Shown: positions 61,083-64,000 of the stretch, in pieces
How the letters are laid out: every line of letters starts with the position of its first letter
Position numbering within the stretch: the stretch's first letter is position 1
From: Cladosporium halotolerans
Taxonomy: Eukaryota
Reading direction: 5' to 3'
DNA: 64,000 nt
Assembly (NCBI RefSeq): GCF_011745625.1
Contig: NW_027191487.1
Coordinates: forward strand, 1-64,000
The notes under the pieces: generated by a model
What the model saw: only the letters and a program-made list of their open reading frames with translations
The model's database searches: none
What the model was told of the DNA's origin: nothing
Position numbers and translations under genes: made by a program

Positions 61083-63340
61083 ATGTATAGCACGTGGAGT
61101 GTCAGTGAGAGCACTGCATCTCCCAGCGCTTCAAAGCGACGTCGCACTTCGGACACAGCACGAGGTCGTCGCGCCTCAAAGGCCACTCGGGCTTGCGACG
61201 CTTGCAAGGTATGTGGAATTATTCGTTTGGGTGTCAATGGTAAGAACATGCATGCTGAGGTCTTGGAAACAGGCAAAGAAGGCTCGGTGCTCGGGAGTAA
61301 GACCATGTGCTACGTGCGAAGAGAAGGGTGCAAACTGCACATATGACACTCAATACCTTCGCGGGCGGCCTCCAACGCCCCCGTCTTCAACGCCGGGTGC
61401 GCAATCTGGTGACCATCAAGTTGAAGATCATGCAGAGCGCAGAGGCATAAGCACGAGCCTCGATCCCTGCGAGCACCCTCAGAGTCTTTCACGAAGCTCG
61501 CCTGAGCTGGATGCAACGGAGATCAATGGCCAATACGTGGATCGTACTTCCGGCTTGTCTTTTCTGCAGCGAGCGCGATATCGATTGAAGCGTCACAGCG
61601 CACCGGACCCCGAGCACCTCACACAGTCGGACCAGCCGCTCACTGCAGCAGGGGATAAACCTCTCTTGGGATCCACATTAGATGGCTTCGCTTCACAGCC
61701 TGCTATACTTCCAAGCATCCCTGACAGCATCCAAGCCACTGAGCTACTCGATCTGTATTTCGAAGTCTGCGTGGCCACATACAAGCCTCTCCATAGGCCA
61801 ACTGTCGACGGGTGGTATCGCAATGTGACCGAAAACATCAGCTTAGGGCTGCCCATAACAAAGGGCTTGGGTAACGCTCGAGTGTCAACGTTACTCAGTG
61901 TCTTTGCTGTTGCGACTTTTCATCGTCAGAAGTCAAGAGGGTATTCCGACGACGTGTCTTCGTTATCTGACAGCGACTCGTTTTTCCGCTATGCCATAGC
62001 GCTCACAGATACAGAGACCGGATTGCCGCATCTCGAATCGGCTCAAGCACGACTTCTGCAGGTCTTCTATCTCCTGATGACTTCCCGGATGAACAGGTCG
62101 TGGTTCATCTTCGGCAATCTCCTACAGATTATCTCCGCTCTAGGCATGCACCGAAGAGACCGGAAGAACATCCTGTCTGCAAGCTCTTCACGGGACTACA
62201 TTCATGGTCAATGCAGAAGGCGAACTTTCTGGAGTGCCTATATCCTTGACAAGTATGTTGGCGTCGTCATGGGAAGGCCTCGTCACTTCCACGACAAGGA
62301 CATCGACCAAGAGTACCCTGACAGAGTGAACGATGACAACATGACTCCCAGTGGCAGGATGATGGGCGACAATGCAGACACTGATGACTGCCATCTCGAC
62401 GGATTTATCTGGAACATCAAACTAGCCCGGCTTGTGGGTGAGATATCCGACGGACTCTACTCAATCGCCCCATCATCCGAGGCTTCGCGTGTTTCAGAGG
62501 CTCGCGTACTAGCGGACAAGCTCAAGGAATGGCAAGACTCTCTACCACCACTGTTAAAGGCGACGCCAACGAACCTCGTCCGAGGGTTCCGTCGTCAAGG
62601 CGTTGCCCTCAGATTAGCCTACAAGCATGCGGTGGTCCATCTCCACAGACCTTTCCTTCTGAGCCGATCGAATGGTGAGAAAGACTCCAGCTCAATCTCA
62701 GAATTCCGCCAAGAGAGCGTGCGTCTCTGCATAAGTGCGGCTCGAGATGCGCTTCGGTCCATTGATGCCCTGGCGCAAGAGGGCCCGCTCTTTCACGCAT
62801 TCTGGTGGACACACTACATCACCTTCTGTGCATTGACGGTCACATATGTCTGGAACATGCAACGGAACAGCGGCCTCGAAGGAATTGACCGCGAGTCGCT
62901 GATGGCTTTAGCCGACCGCTGCCAAATACATCTCGCCAACGCCACAGCGACAAATTCTCCCAGCCGGCGATATAGTATTATCCTTGAGGAGCTAAGAGGT
63001 GATACAATCGCCCCTAGGCCAACTGATGCTCAGATGTCTACGCATGACAGCAACCCTGGCCTGAGTCAAGCTGCATACGCTTATAACACAAGCAGCGAGG
63101 TGGTAGCTGGGTCGCATTCGTTTCAAGCAGGGGCAATGAGTGGCACTGAGCTAACGGGAGCAATCTCTGACATGTTCTACGATCCGTTTATGGATTGGCA
63201 AACCTCTGATTGGCTGGATCTTGACGCTTCGGTAAGCGTGTATTTGACGATATCTTGACACTCGGCGTACTGACAATGTACAGGCCTACGGAGTAATTCC
63301 TGGATTGAGCCCTGACATGCAATTTTTCACGGAGAATTGA
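61083..63340 (+). CDS. Zn(II)2Cys6 transcription factor with Fungal_trans domain (start uncertain)
   Basis: RACDACK|AKKARCSGVRPCATCEEKGANCTY across intron 61209-61272. Also ALGMHR, RRRTFWSAYILDK, MGRP and LHRPFL. A short last exon ends at TGA 63338-63340. Confidence 0.9.
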
Positions 63341-64000
63341 GATGGCGCCGGCAGTTCGACGACCAACAGAGCGACTTCTCGGACATTTGCTATCTCAGAA
63401 CCGGGAATGCACTCCTCTGAAAATGCAAGCGCGTCATGGCTTTCCGCGATCCGTTATCCTAATACGTTGTAAGATAAAGATGCTTCGACTGGTGTAGATC
63501 TTCAGAAATGATAATGTTCGTTTCCGAAAACGAGCTTGCGAAGAGGACAAAGATCATGTAAGGGAACTGCAAATGATAATCACTTTTTCCTGTAAGATGT
63601 TCGAAGGACGGTCAGTTTCGACGATGCCAGCTAAACTCGAACACCTATTAAAATAATTGTACAAAAGCACGATTTCCGATCGTTCGGAGCCAGAATCGTT
63701 CTATGATGAATTTCTTTGCTTCCGCGTCTTCGTCGAAATACCATACAGCAATTTGGTCAGGAGTGGTGCCGTCTTGATACGGATTCCTCTAGAGTGCGAC
63801 GAGGTGCCTCAGCCTCATGCATGGCGGGATGTTAAGCGAGATTCTTAGCCTTGGGTCCAGCCGCACGTCACCTTCTCCCAGAAAGTGGCCCTCTTTCGAG
63901 GTGGCGCGCAACATAAAGACTTATTTTGGTTGGACCAGCTCCAGACTGGAACTTCCATCCGTCAAAGACCGCCGCCAGCTGAGAAATCTCTCCATCGTTG

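Noticed and set aside
63630..64000. Possible 3' end of a minus-strand gene at the window edge
   Set aside because: There is only a short open frame bounded by stops, with no recognisable homology.
1..64000. CRISPR arrays, tRNAs, intact transposase or retroelement ORFs
   Set aside because: None were seen. The DNA is eukaryotic, with no repeat-spacer arrays, cloverleafs or RT/DDE motifs found by eye.

Overview
This is gene-dense, intron-containing genomic DNA from a filamentous ascomycete (GT-AG introns with CTRAC branch sites). Gene content suggests a Dothideomycete, which is an inference. I find about 26 protein-coding loci and one dispersed 5S rRNA gene. The left part (1-18 kb) looks accessory or plant-interaction related: a permease truncated at a repeat-rich element, a PTH11-like receptor, an AA5_2 galactose-oxidase-like copper radical oxidase head-to-head with a DyP peroxidase, a thaumatin-like secreted protein, 5S rRNA, a secreted alpha-carbonic anhydrase, an orphan membrane protein and an MFS transporter. 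The middle (18-47.6 kb) holds core genes: Nop6-like RRM, ISD11, SLA2, an AspE-type septin, a Git3-type GPCR, SPC19, ATP18, casein kinase I and RSM22. It is interrupted by a small island with a MYND pseudogene and a NACHT (NLR-like) gene. The NACHT gene has a first exon missed by the ORF track that encodes a HET-s-like amyloid signalling motif (IHASDSARVHAGDNY). The right part has three glycoside hydrolases (GH16, GH43, GH5) and a candidate catabolic cluster (MCT, DHDPS-like enzyme, ACS transporter, Zn2Cys6 regulator). The top leads are the amyloid-motif NLR with no adjacent effector, the divergent oxidase-DyP pair and the GHAGE-type DHDPS-like cluster. All calls come from motif recognition by eye; no database searches were run.
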